DNA of 38,507 nt from a virus (taxonomy: Duplodnaviria > Caudoviricetes), in the IMG/VR virus record IMGVR_UViG_3300008255_000242, positions 1-38,507 of that record, one strand, 5' to 3'. Below the pieces are notes generated by a model that did no database searches, was not told the origin of the DNA, and worked only from the letters and a program-made list of their open reading frames with translations. Both the position numbers and the translations under genes were made by a program. Below, piece by piece: positions 1-9,555 of this stretch. Within the stretch, counting starts at the first letter, position 1, and every line of letters begins with the position of its first letter.

Positions 1-229
1 GACCACAGGCCATTTCCCGGCCAGCGTTTCTGGCGCGACGGCACACCAGATGAAGCGGAAGCCATCATGCGTCGGCGGATTAAACGCATGATGGATACCT
101 ACCCCACGTCCCCCGAACGTGAAGAAGAACTTGTCCGCATGTCGCGGGACGGCTCAACCGGCGAGTTTCAGAAGGGCTGGCCAGCAATTGAAAGAGCGCC
201 GGAATGACTAACACACTGAGGAAGAAGCT

Positions 230-571
230 ATGAGACTGGAAACTGAGAAGCACTTCAACCGCCTGAACCCAGCGCAAGCCGAACGCATTGCAATGCTGAT
301 GGAGGAAGCTGGCGAAATCGTACAGGCCTGCGGCAAGGTGCTGCGCCATGGATACGAAAGCCACAACCCGAATGACGCGCAATCATCCTCGAACCGCCAT
401 CACTTGCACAAGGAAATTCGGGACATTGAGGCCATCATCGAAATGATGCGCAGCGCCCATGACCTCAGCGGCGTACAGCCCGCAACAGTGACTGAGACGA
501 TCCGCAAGAAGATGAGATACACTCACCATCAAGAAGCCGCCCTCGCATCTCTCACGGAGGCAAGTGAATGA
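230..571 (+). CDS. MazG-like nucleotide pyrophosphohydrolase
   Basis: LMEEAGEIVQACGKVLRHG...KEIRDI matches the EExxE...ExxD motif of all-alpha NTP-PPases; GAGGA RBS upstream. Confidence 0.7.
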   Translation: MRLETEKHFNRLNPAQAERIAMLMEEAGEIVQACGKVLRHGYESHNPNDAQSSSNRHHLHKEIRDIEAIIEMMRSAHDLSGVQPATVTETIRKKMRYTHHQEAALASLTEASE

Positions 572-876
572 CTGAGGCCGAATACGACGCAGAAATAGCG
601 CCAGCCCTCGCGGATTTGATGCGCAAGGTGGCCGACAGGGGCGGGGCAATTCTCTGCTACGTCCGCTTCGAGGGTGACGATGGTGGCGACTCGTTCGGCC
701 TCACCATGCACGCACCTGAGCCAAGCGTTCACGAGCGGATCATTGAGTTAGCCCTCAAGACGCGAGGCAACTTCGATTCCATCGGCATCGAACTCACGCG
801 CCTGCACAAGGCGGGAACGATTGATGCCTCTCAAAGCCTTCTGCTGGGCAGATATATTGGAGGGTCAAATGACTGA
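568..876 (+). CDS. hypothetical phage protein
   Basis: Start overlaps the previous stop; GGAG RBS. Confidence 0.6.
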   Translation: MTEAEYDAEIAPALADLMRKVADRGGAILCYVRFEGDDGGDSFGLTMHAPEPSVHERIIELALKTRGNFDSIGIELTRLHKAGTIDASQSLLLGRYIGGSND

Positions 877-1432
877 CGCAACAGCTTTGGAAGCTCTCGC
901 ACGGAGAGTGGAGGCGGGAGAGACGGGACGGAAGATTGAGGGGGCCTGCTGGTTCGCTCTACATCCGGAGTTCCGTCGATGGGGTGGACCAACCATGTAC
1001 GTCCCGGCTGGTGACCCTGACTATTACGGGAGAACGGAAGCGGTTACAGCCGCCGATGGATCAGTATACGATGCTTACATAGCGCATGGAACACCTCTTT
1101 GGAGCGAAGGAAGAAACCTTAACCTCCTGACCATTGACGGGTATATTTGCAGACCTGTCGGCGGATACATGAAGAACCCGAAGCGCCGCTATGTCCCTGA
1201 AATATCCACCTCTCTCGACGCAGTAGCGGCTCTGGCAGAGAGGGTGCTGCCGGGGTGGCACACTGCCACCTTTAGGCACGCAGGCAGCGATACACACGTA
1301 GCAGAATTTTATATTCCGTCGATGTGGTCGCCATTCCCTGAAGTGACCGTGAAGGGCCGAGCCCCCACCGAATGCGCTGCAAGGCTCGCAGCTATCCTCC
1401 GGGCAAAAGCAAAGGACCAGACCAATGACTGA
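869..1432 (+). CDS. hypothetical phage protein
   Basis: Start moved to ATG 869 after GGAGG; overlaps both neighbours. Confidence 0.6.
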   Translation: MTDATALEALARRVEAGETGRKIEGACWFALHPEFRRWGGPTMYVPAGDPDYYGRTEAVTAADGSVYDAYIAHGTPLWSEGRNLNLLTIDGYICRPVGGYMKNPKRRYVPEISTSLDAVAALAERVLPGWHTATFRHAGSDTHVAEFYIPSMWSPFPEVTVKGRAPTECAARLAAILRAKAKDQTND

Positions 1433-1730
1433 CACACGCATAGATGAGAAAGCGAAAGCCATTGGCAACCTTCAGAACACCGAGGAAGTGTTTCAGGCTC
1501 GGGACGCATTCTTGCGCGAACCAACGGGAGGGAACTGGCGGGCCGTCCTTGAGGCAATCTATGATGAGATGATCGCAGCACGGGAAGAGGCTGGGTTCGT
1601 GGAAGTGCCGAGGGAGCCTACGGATGCAATGATGGATGCCGGTGTGGACGAGCGCAATAGTCAGGACGAAGACTTTGAGGGCTGGGACACTAGGGAAATC
1701 TACCGCGCCATGATCGCAAAGGCCACGTAA
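1425..1730 (+). CDS. hypothetical phage protein
   Basis: VPREPTDAMMDAG...IYRAMI is a motif common in small phage proteins; coupled to neighbours. Confidence 0.65.
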   Translation: MTDTRIDEKAKAIGNLQNTEEVFQARDAFLREPTGGNWRAVLEAIYDEMIAAREEAGFVEVPREPTDAMMDAGVDERNSQDEDFEGWDTREIYRAMIAKAT

Positions 1731-2017
1731 TGAGCGAGCGCCAGTTATCCACCATTAAGCGCCAAGCCCCCATGATCCCCTCATGGCCCGCGCGCATGCA
1801 GGTGCGGATGGCGGCAGCATATGTCGGACTGATCGATGATGCTGGCCTACCGGACGACAGCACGTTTCGGGAACATGTGCGGAAGGGTTTATATCCGATG
1901 CCGTACAAGCGACCGGGAGAACGGCAAGCATGGCTGAAGGTGGAACTGGACGAGACCCTGGAGCGGATGCGCCAGGCAGAAAAATCAGCAACCGAGGACG
2001 AAGACGAGTTCGAGTGA
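1730..2017 (+). CDS. excisionase / AlpA-like DNA-binding protein
   Basis: Small protein (AAAYVG...FREHVRKGLYPMP...WLKVELD) directly upstream of and coupled to the integrase. Confidence 0.6.
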   Translation: MSERQLSTIKRQAPMIPSWPARMQVRMAAAYVGLIDDAGLPDDSTFREHVRKGLYPMPYKRPGERQAWLKVELDETLERMRQAEKSATEDEDEFE

Positions 2018-3207
2018 TGGCCCTGAAAGAACCAAACACATATTCCAAAACGCTCGCCAGCGGAGAGACCCTATGGTCATGGCAGCCCACCAGCCGGGAC
2101 CGTAAGAAAAGCAACAACCACTGCCCGCTTGAATACACGGCGCTGGGGAGCGATTTCGCTTCGGCTATGGTGCAGGCCCGGAAGCTCAACGAACGGCTCT
2201 ACACGTGGCGCGCTGAGCGCAGAGTGGGCAAGGATGAGACATCTTCGATCAAGGGCACGTTCGGCTGGCTCCTCGTCGAGTTCGAGAAGCACGGCCTGAC
2301 CGACGCATCCGAAGGGTACAAGGCCGAGGTCGCCCGCTATATCCGCATCGCCGGTGAAATGAAGCTGAAGGGCGGCGGACTGTTCGTTCACAAAGACCTC
2401 GCAGACGTCTCGGTCAAGATGGCGCAGAACTGCCTCACTAGGCTCAAGGAGAAGCGCGGCGGATCCACAGCCAAGAAGTGCCGCGCGATCTTTTCCGCAG
2501 CGTGGAGCGAGGGCTACCGGCTCAATGAGAAGTATGTGCCCGAGCGCAACCCATGGTCCCACGTCAAGCTGCAGCACACGGAAGCGGAAACCTATGCGGC
2601 CACCTATGACCAGCTGCAATCGTTCGTCTCGGCCGCGATCGCGATGGGTGAAACCGGTATGGCCGTCGCCGCACGTCTCTGCTGGGACATGCACATTCGG
2701 CCAACCGAGGTCTTCCGGTCAACCGTGTGGGCCGATTACCGCCCAGATCACAAGCCCAATCATTTCCTGATCCGTCACGAAAAGCGGAACACCGGCGGGT
2801 GGCAGATACTGGACGACCCCGAGGAACTGAAGGAAGGCCGAGTCTCTCCGATGTTCCCCGAGCTGGACACGCTGCTGCGCGCGGCACCGAAGCAAGGCTC
2901 GCTGATCTGCATGCGGGAAGTCCGCCAGGGCACGAAGATCATCCCCGGTCAGTGGCAGACGATCAAGAACGCCGCAGCCCTTACCCGGCGCATTGCCAAG
3001 AAGGCCGGCCTGCCTCCTGGGGTGACCCTCGCATCGTTCCGACATGGCGGTATCACCGACCTTGGCGAATCCGGCGTCGAGACGTCGCTGATCCAGGCGC
3101 GCACGAAACACCGCCAGCGTGCATCGCTCGATCGGTACGACCATTCTACAGATATGAAATCGGCCAAGGCTCAGAAGCTGCGGCTGGCACATAGGAGAGA
3201 AGGATGA
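2017..3207 (+). CDS. int: tyrosine recombinase / phage integrase
   Basis: Catalytic R (HIRPTE), K (EKRN), SFRHGG, H (TKH) and Y (DRYDH); TGATG coupling at 2017; att site downstream. Confidence 0.9.
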   Translation: MALKEPNTYSKTLASGETLWSWQPTSRDRKKSNNHCPLEYTALGSDFASAMVQARKLNERLYTWRAERRVGKDETSSIKGTFGWLLVEFEKHGLTDASEGYKAEVARYIRIAGEMKLKGGGLFVHKDLADVSVKMAQNCLTRLKEKRGGSTAKKCRAIFSAAWSEGYRLNEKYVPERNPWSHVKLQHTEAETYAATYDQLQSFVSAAIAMGETGMAVAARLCWDMHIRPTEVFRSTVWADYRPDHKPNHFLIRHEKRNTGGWQILDDPEELKEGRVSPMFPELDTLLRAAPKQGSLICMREVRQGTKIIPGQWQTIKNAAALTRRIAKKAGLPPGVTLASFRHGGITDLGESGVETSLIQARTKHRQRASLDRYDHSTDMKSAKAQKLRLAHRREG

Positions 3208-3596
3208 ATACCGCATCCAGAGAGATCGCCGTTCGCGCCACGCTCAAGGACCGTCCCGCCGGCATCCTTAGCGAGCTTCCTCGCGTCGAGGGCAAGTACC
3301 CTGCCAGTAACGTGTTCGCTGCATTGTTCAACGGGGCACGACAGGGCTACGCCATTCCGAATGGTCGTGTCTTTTTTGGGAAGGCCGAAGCCGAATGGGG
3401 ATGGCCCCACGCATGGGAAGAATTAATGCAGGCCGGACTGATCATCTTTTCCCTGGACGGGAATCGGGTGGCTTGGGCAATAACGAACAAGGGCATGGAA
3501 GTTCGCAATGATGACCTTGCCTACTTCCGAGAACTTATGAAAGCGATGGATCTCGATGAGGCAGATGCGCTCGCAAAGCAGGAGCAGGGACGATGA
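3204..3596 (+). CDS. hypothetical protein
   Basis: ATGA overlap with the integrase stop. Confidence 0.6.
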   Translation: MNTASREIAVRATLKDRPAGILSELPRVEGKYPASNVFAALFNGARQGYAIPNGRVFFGKAEAEWGWPHAWEELMQAGLIIFSLDGNRVAWAITNKGMEVRNDDLAYFRELMKAMDLDEADALAKQEQGR

Positions 3597-3919
3597 ACGC
3601 ATTCCAACACATCACCAGAATGGCCTATCAGGCGCGGGCCAGACACGAGCATAAGCGGCCGCTTCCGGTTATCGAAATTGTTTGCGGTCAGGAAGCATGG
3701 AACGAACTTCGCGCGTGTCTTGAAGTTCTTCGGGCTATCACGATCGAAGGCAAAAGCCGCGAAAACAAGCTGCACGGTTTCAAGATTTGGTGCGATTCCG
3801 CGAAGGCCGACTACAGCGTCTATATCCTCGTCGATGGCGTTGAAGACGAGATGGAAACGCTGGATCATTCTGACTCTGCCTCCGAACCTGCAGTATCTGC
3901 GACCAAGAACGAAGCGTGA
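3593..3919 (+). CDS. hypothetical protein
   Basis: ATGA overlap with the previous gene. Confidence 0.5.
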   Translation: MNAFQHITRMAYQARARHEHKRPLPVIEIVCGQEAWNELRACLEVLRAITIEGKSRENKLHGFKIWCDSAKADYSVYILVDGVEDEMETLDHSDSASEPAVSATKNEA

Positions 3920-3958
3920 AAGAGTCAGAACGTGAGCGGAGTAATTGACGTGTCGCCA

Positions 3959-3998
3959 GATTACAAATCAGATGCTCTACCAGCTGAGCTAAACCGGC
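3959..3998 (-). other. attP core: 5' half of tRNA-Thr(UGU)
   Basis: Minus strand reads GCCGGTT TA GCTC AGCTGGTA GAGC A TCTGA TT TGT AA TC (acceptor 5' strand, D arm, anticodon arm); similarity stops in the 3' anticodon stem and there is no T arm. Confidence 0.85.
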
Positions 3999-4008
3999 AC
4001 TTACGCCG

Positions 4009-4037
4009 TCGTTATTGTGGTTTCAGCGGAACGTCAA
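4009..4037 (-). promoter_or_regulatory. sigma70-like promoter upstream of the tRNA half
   Basis: TTGACG-17 nt-TAACGA, ending 10 nt upstream of the tRNA 5' G. Confidence 0.5.
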
Positions 4038-4210
4038 CCCGGCATTCTGACTCTCATTCTGATGGCATTCTGACTTCTTTGTTCTCACGGGGTTCCGGTA
4101 GAGCACTGCCTTCGGATGACAGATCCTGACATAGCTGGCACAAACGCAAAAAGCCCCCCGACTCGACGCTAAAAGCATCATCCGAATTACAGAAAGAGAG
4201 GATTTGTGAA

Positions 4211-4891
4211 ATGAATAGATTCATCATCGGCTTTGTTGGCCGGACAGGCTCCAGTTATCTCGAAGGACTGCTAGACAGTCATCCAGACATTGTATGCGAC
4301 CCTGAGATTTTTTCAGTCAATGGGCCGTTTGATCTGTCTGGCCTTTCCTATGACGACTTCCTTGCCAGCCTAAGCGCAGGAAGGCTGGCTAGCGGGTTCA
4401 AACTTGGCATTGAGCACATGAAGGCCCGCGCCGGAATTGACGCAGCACTGAGGCGTCAGAATTATTCTGTCATTCTGCTGCATCGAGAGAACCTACTTGA
4501 CCAGTTCATCTCCATGCGCCTCGCGCAGATCAATGAAATATGGAGATCGGATCGCGGAGATTATAAGGCGCAATCATTTGTTGCTGACCCAGCCCACGCC
4601 ATTGCCTGCATGAAGTCATTCGAGGAGCAAAATGATTACTGCCGGTCGTTTCTGTCAGGAATGACCGTATTTGAAATAACATATGAGACAATCACGACTC
4701 GACTGCCCGCATTGATGGACTGGCTGGGGGTTGTAAGAACTGATCTATCGAGCAAATACAACCGCCAAAGATCGGCTCGCACACAGGCCGATGCTGTGGA
4801 AAATTATAATGAACTAGCCGACGCAGTGGCTGGCACCAGGTATGCTCACCACCTAGAGACCTTTGAAGTGGGCAAAAAAGTTGCCGGCTAG
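4211..4891 (+). CDS. Stf0-like sulfotransferase (moron)
   Basis: PAPS-binding GRTGSSYL..LL.SHP, LHRENLLDQFIS and ITYE motifs; more AT-rich than the core genes. Confidence 0.8.
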   Translation: MNRFIIGFVGRTGSSYLEGLLDSHPDIVCDPEIFSVNGPFDLSGLSYDDFLASLSAGRLASGFKLGIEHMKARAGIDAALRRQNYSVILLHRENLLDQFISMRLAQINEIWRSDRGDYKAQSFVADPAHAIACMKSFEEQNDYCRSFLSGMTVFEITYETITTRLPALMDWLGVVRTDLSSKYNRQRSARTQADAVENYNELADAVAGTRYAHHLETFEVGKKVAG

Positions 4892-7024
4892 TGGAGCATT
4901 AGCACTGTCCAGGAGGATGAATTGCTGAACAGCGGTGTCGCGCACGCCGGCTTTTGGGTAAAAGGGCGTCGAATTTGTCATACAATGCCCCATCGCTATA
5001 TATTCAGTTGTGCCCAGGTTGTGTGTGAGTGTGCAGATATGGTTTGACGCGCCACTGGTCCCGATAGTCCAGCCTGACGGCAGGTGGTCACAAGCAAACA
5101 CTGTTCCATTGTGCGAGATATAAAGGCTGATATCCAATAGGGAGCGAGAAATCCAGTTGGTTCCGTCGCTTGTGTATATTGCCTGATTGCCGAGAGGTGT
5201 TCCATCCGTCACCCTAATGGACGCCCCCTCAAACAGCCCCTCATCAAGGCTCGCCACGACTTCGGCTGCGGTATATCTCCCGCCGATCGAGTCGGGCGTC
5301 AGTGTGTTCCTTGGCATAAGGGCCGGGTCTTGGAGCATATTGGCGAACTGGTAAACGTCACCAACACCCGCCTCCCAATAGGGACGGCCTGAGTCGTCTG
5401 TGTATGGAGATATGCTTTCAAACGCATTACCGATCAGAACCAGTCTGCTAAGCGCCTCGCTGGATGTGAATGAAATATGTGTCTTTACATAGTCCGTCGA
5501 ATAACGCTGGAACGTCGAGCCTGTGATGACATAAATCGCGCGCTCTGCTGTGCTATGGTCAACGACGAAGTCAGCAAGTCCTTTGTTGCCCTCGATGTAG
5601 GTTCCGCTGACCATAAGAGCGACACCGCCCTGCACACCGCAATCCTCCAGTGAGATTGCACCGCCAGATGATCCGCCAGATGTATATGCGCGCCCATTGC
5701 CTTCAATCGTACCGTTGTTGAAAACAACATTTGCGCAACCGCGCAAAAGCGAAAGGTTTTGTGATCCGGCAATGATGCAATCATTGAATGCGATGGCGTT
5801 CGGATGACTAAACAAGGTCTCCGACTCATACGAACCCCCGCGAAGATCGAAGTGAGCGTTGTTTAGTGAGAAATGACACTGATTGAATGAACCAGACAAC
5901 ACGTCAATTCCATCGAATCCGGTGTCAAGGTAAGCAAAATAAATATCCTCAAATGCAAAATATGCAGCGTTATTGAACAACATCCCAACAGTTCCAGTCG
6001 CTCTGGCAGCAACACCTGAAAACAAGTTGGGCCGAATAGTGAAACCGCCCCAGTCAACGTAACTGTGAACACCGGACGCCGTGCCGCCAAGATACCTGAT
6101 TGCGACGGTAGCTGCATCCAGTTCTATCCACGAGACGCCGGAACCATCGCCGCGCAATTGTATCACCGGCAGTTCCTGCTCGATGGAATCGGCAGTTTGA
6201 GACGAAATATCAATCGTAACCGTTGTGGCAAATGAGACCTGGCGAACGCGAATCACAGCCGACAGTGACAAATCAATTGCAAAATCAATCGCGGCCTGAA
6301 ATGCGGGGCTATCAGATGTGTCAGCCGCCAGCTTGAACCACGATGGCTCCAGTTCCAGAGGCTCCTGCTCCTGGCCGACACGCACAAACGCACCTGATGC
6401 GCCTGTAGCATCAGATGTAGGCGCTACCCAAATGCCCTTACGCGGATCAGCGGTCACGTTTGCGGACTGGTCGCCAGAGACCCAGCGGAAATGCCCCTCA
6501 TAGCCATCGCCCGCTGACGTGCGGCCAGTGCAGAAAACCACATCGCCTGCCGCGGTGGCTGTATGTGCGGCGAGCCCGACCAGCAAATTCACGCGGTCTT
6601 GCTTGCCGCCAAGCCCAGCCACCACCGCTTCGAGGGCTGCCGTCGAGACCGCACCCAGCACAGTCCAGACGTCACGGTAGAGATCCTGGGCCATCGTCAC
6701 AAGGCGGTTGAATTCGACGTTCAGGCTATTGGGCGTAGCCCCACCGGAACTGAATTGCGCCTCTCGCAGACGGGGAGTGTCCCGGTATAGCCGTATCTTT
6801 GCGCTCGCCACCGCGACATTGAGGGTGATGGCGCCACCGTCAAATCCGCCATCCACCGCATTCCCGACAACGGTCCATGCCGACTGCGCGAGCAACACGC
6901 CATCGACCTCTACGTTATTGTCTGCCTTCTCGAAGTATGCCCAATCGAATGACAGCGGGCCCGTTCCGGTGAACGAGTCCCACGTCTTTTCGTTTACTTC
7001 GGTGATGATTTTCAGGGCAACCAT
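4853..7024 (-). CDS. tail fibre / tailspike with a probable beta-helix domain
   Basis: T7 gp17-like N-terminal anchor (RLYRDTP...LNVEFNRLVTMAQD), DSPAFQAAID beta-helix cap and N/G-rich repeats. Confidence 0.8.
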   Translation of the reverse strand: MVALKIITEVNEKTWDSFTGTGPLSFDWAYFEKADNNVEVDGVLLAQSAWTVVGNAVDGGFDGGAITLNVAVASAKIRLYRDTPRLREAQFSSGGATPNSLNVEFNRLVTMAQDLYRDVWTVLGAVSTAALEAVVAGLGGKQDRVNLLVGLAAHTATAAGDVVFCTGRTSAGDGYEGHFRWVSGDQSANVTADPRKGIWVAPTSDATGASGAFVRVGQEQEPLELEPSWFKLAADTSDSPAFQAAIDFAIDLSLSAVIRVRQVSFATTVTIDISSQTADSIEQELPVIQLRGDGSGVSWIELDAATVAIRYLGGTASGVHSYVDWGGFTIRPNLFSGVAARATGTVGMLFNNAAYFAFEDIYFAYLDTGFDGIDVLSGSFNQCHFSLNNAHFDLRGGSYESETLFSHPNAIAFNDCIIAGSQNLSLLRGCANVVFNNGTIEGNGRAYTSGGSSGGAISLEDCGVQGGVALMVSGTYIEGNKGLADFVVDHSTAERAIYVITGSTFQRYSTDYVKTHISFTSSEALSRLVLIGNAFESISPYTDDSGRPYWEAGVGDVYQFANMLQDPALMPRNTLTPDSIGGRYTAAEVVASLDEGLFEGASIRVTDGTPLGNQAIYTSDGTNWISRSLLDISLYISHNGTVFACDHLPSGWTIGTSGASNHICTLTHNLGTTEYIAMGHCMTNSTPFYPKAGVRDTAVQQFILLDSANAPLAGNFFAHFKGL

Positions 7025-7086
7025 GCGCAGCTCTCACTTGTTCAGGAGCCTGCAGGGTGATGATTTGATGGTGCGCTATGAACGCA

Positions 7087-7413
7087 CTAGGCCAGCTCTT
7101 TGACCCGTAGCGCAACGGTCGGATCGAAGGCGACTTCCCGCGACTGCCCAGCCAGGACAACATGGTACGCGGTCGGTGTTGCCGCATCAGAGGGAGCGAA
7201 CGCCAGGTTCGACGTGCTGAGGTTGTGGATCACGAGCCACAGATCATGGGCGCCCTGGGTCACCGCGTCGGCGGCAATGGCGTCTCCCCAGGCATTGAGC
7301 GCCGGGAAGGAAGCGGTGACATTGGCGGCATAATGATGCGCGGCCGAGGATCCCGTTTGTTGCGGGACGGACGGAAGGCGCTGCTCTTTGATTTCGATTT
7401 CATAGTCGGCCAT
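7087..7413 (-). CDS. hypothetical late protein
   Basis: ORF with RBS in the late module. Confidence 0.6.
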   Translation of the reverse strand: MADYEIEIKEQRLPSVPQQTGSSAAHHYAANVTASFPALNAWGDAIAADAVTQGAHDLWLVIHNLSTSNLAFAPSDAATPTAYHVVLAGQSREVAFDPTVALRVKELA

Positions 7414-7488
7414 TTACTCGCCCTCAGAAGACCAGGTGTTTCATCATACAGTGTGCCAGCCCGGGCAGATGCGTAACGCACCCGGTGA

Positions 7489-7890
7489 CTACTTCGGCCA
7501 GAAGATATCCTTGATGGACTTGGCCAGGGCGACAACGTCGCGCCCGTGAAGTGCCAGCGATATAGCAATGCCGATACCGATAGCCCAACCAAGGGCCACA
7601 TTCGGACCTGCGCCCTCGATCTGGAAAATGCCGGCGGCTCCACCACCGAGTGCGCCAAGGGCGGTTGCTGCCATCGACATGACCGGCCTCGTCTTGGGTC
7701 CGGTGCGCGTTGCATCCAGCTGGCTGACGATCGCAGCTGTCGCGGCAGCAAACCCGGCAAGTCCGGCGAACACGCCGAAGTGGGCAAACGCCGGCATAGC
7801 CAGCGACTCCTGCGTTGCCACGCCAGACGCCACCGTCAGGAATGAGAGAACCGGTACTGTGAGCTTGCTTGCGAGCGGCACGATGTCCAT
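7489..7890 (-). CDS. holin-like membrane protein
   Basis: Several hydrophobic helices; lies in the lysis cluster. Confidence 0.5.
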   Translation of the reverse strand: MDIVPLASKLTVPVLSFLTVASGVATQESLAMPAFAHFGVFAGLAGFAAATAAIVSQLDATRTGPKTRPVMSMAATALGALGGGAAGIFQIEGAGPNVALGWAIGIGIAISLALHGRDVVALAKSIKDIFWPK

Positions 7891-8180
7891 CAGGCCCTCC
7901 TTGAATCGTCCGTGTCATAGTGCATTAACGCGCGATACAGAGCCAGGAAGCAGAGGGCCGAAACGATCATGATGAATGGGGCGAGGCTGAACGGCAGACG
8001 AACCTCACGGGGAAGCACTGCGAGCCAAAGGGCAGATCCGGCCGCCACTGCTGAAACTGCTGCGCTCATCAGGCACGCGCGCCAGCCAGGAGCCGGCCGT
8101 AAATGGTAGGAAACGTGCCAGCCATAGATCATGGCTGACACGCTGATTGGGATCGACAGAATGAAAAGGATCTGCGTCAC
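7890..8180 (-). CDS. small membrane protein (lysis cluster)
   Basis: Three hydrophobic segments; coupled to the next gene. Confidence 0.5.
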   Translation of the reverse strand: MTQILFILSIPISVSAMIYGWHVSYHLRPAPGWRACLMSAAVSAVAAGSALWLAVLPREVRLPFSLAPFIMIVSALCFLALYRALMHYDTDDSRRA

Positions 8181-8189
8181 CGCGGGGCC

Positions 8190-8501
8190 TTACTGCTTGT
8201 AGCTCGCAAGGATGGCGTCGAGGCGTTCGCCACGCTCGGCGATGGCTGCGACCTCATCGCGAATGTCAGAGCCGGAAACCGGGCCGCGAGCGCGAATGGC
8301 TTCCATCTCGTCGTTCAGTTCGTCAAGCTCGGCCACGAGCGTTTCATACGCGGCCCGGCCCGTCCGCGCCCCGTCGAGAACCTTGGAAACGACACCAAGG
8401 ACCTCGGACACATAAGGCTGGTCCTTGAGGATGGGCTCGAGCATTTTGAGCACCCCGAGCGTGCGCCCGGCGGTGTCAAGTACGACAGTGAGGCTAACCA
8501 T
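8190..8501 (-). CDS. hypothetical coiled-coil protein
   Basis: ATG 8501 follows a GGAG RBS. Confidence 0.55.
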   Translation of the reverse strand: MVSLTVVLDTAGRTLGVLKMLEPILKDQPYVSEVLGVVSKVLDGARTGRAAYETLVAELDELNDEMEAIRARGPVSGSDIRDEVAAIAERGERLDAILASYKQ

Positions 8502-8958
8502 TGGTGAGGGCTCCTGCTTTGCCAAGGAAGCTGTCTACCTCGGCTTTGATGGGGGCATAGGCGCTTGCAAGGCGCCCGGCGGTTTCAGCCGATAGCGCCA
8601 GCCACTCGGCAGGCGCTTCAGGGCCAACTTCACGGATCCGCTTGTCGATGTCGGCATACTCGGCCGCGATGAGGCCAACAGCCTTGACCGCGGGGCGCAG
8701 CGTTTGCTCAGCAGTGATGAGCGGAACGCACACATCAGCTGAAGCGGCGCCTTCAAGTGCAGGGTCACAGGTCGCGATGAGCGTGTCCTGGGCGGCACCG
8801 AATGCCTTGATGGACACAAGGGCCTTGTCTGCCGGCGTCTCGGAGGCGGCATAGATGTCCGGCACAGGCCGAAGATCGGTGAAGGTGTTGCACGCCGACA
8901 ACACCATGGCGATCGATGCCATGAGAAGTGTGCCGCGCTTAGTCAGAAAGCCCAACAT
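8494..8958 (-). CDS. lipoprotein (possibly spanin-related)
   Basis: Signal peptide with lipobox VLSAC; downstream of the endolysin. Confidence 0.6.
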   Translation of the reverse strand: MLGFLTKRGTLLMASIAMVLSACNTFTDLRPVPDIYAASETPADKALVSIKAFGAAQDTLIATCDPALEGAASADVCVPLITAEQTLRPAVKAVGLIAAEYADIDKRIREVGPEAPAEWLALSAETAGRLASAYAPIKAEVDSFLGKAGALTNG

Positions 8959-8969
8959 GGCTTGTCCTT

Positions 8970-9431
8970 TCAGGATTGGTTGCGAGGATGGATCAGGTTT
9001 CCGGTGTCCCACCAGGTGGCGACATCGAAAGACGGGCAGTCTTTTTTTGCCCCGGTGTCGCGATGGCCCATCAGCTGCGCATCGGGGTATTGCTCACGCT
9101 TCGCGACCAGGAAGGCCCGAAGCGCAATCATTTGTTCCTTGGTGAAGTTGGCGACACCCTGCCCATGAGCGCCGGCACCGCCGACAAGGCAGATCCCGAT
9201 CGAGTGGGCATTCCATCCGAAGGCATGAGCGCCTGTTTCTTCGTCGATATCGCCATCGTGATCGAGGTCACGGCCGGTCTCGATGGAGCCGTCCAGCCGG
9301 ATCACATAGTGGTAGCCGATGTCTGACCATCCCTGAGCCAAGTGCATCGTGCGAATCTCTTTCGCCCCGATGTCCCACCCAGCGCGCGTGGCTGAGCAAT
9401 GGATGATGATCTGTTTGATTGACCTCGGCAT
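8970..9431 (-). CDS. endolysin, N-acetylmuramoyl-L-alanine amidase (T7 lysozyme-like)
   Basis: IIIHCSAT, GWSDIGYHYVI, SIGICLVGG, GHRD..AKKDCPSF. Confidence 0.92.
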   Translation of the reverse strand: MPRSIKQIIIHCSATRAGWDIGAKEIRTMHLAQGWSDIGYHYVIRLDGSIETGRDLDHDGDIDEETGAHAFGWNAHSIGICLVGGAGAHGQGVANFTKEQMIALRAFLVAKREQYPDAQLMGHRDTGAKKDCPSFDVATWWDTGNLIHPRNQS

Positions 9432-9555
9432 GGGGTCAAAATGCGAAAAGGCGGCACGTCGTTAAACGCACCGCCTTCCAATGGAGACTGTATTGCGGAT
9501 GAGACGTCCGCCAGTCCAGACATCGGTATCCCCGAAGCCGCGAGGCCTGTCAAGC

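Larger units (their letters stand above)
3866..4075. repeat. integrase arm-type repeats (CATTCTGACT) flanking the att core
   Basis: cattctgactct at 3866 and 4043, cattctga at 4055, cattctgact at 4066, inverted agagtcagaa at 3921. Confidence 0.75.

Noticed and set aside
3959-3998. Complete tRNA gene
   Set aside because: There is no T arm or 3' acceptor strand, and the anticodon stem is broken on its 3' side.
3932-4129. 65-aa ORF across the att site
   Set aside because: It overlaps the tRNA half and arm repeats and is probably spurious.
4853-7024. Diversity-generating retroelement, as in BPP-1
   Set aside because: No reverse transcriptase and no TR/VR repeat pair were seen near the tail fibre.
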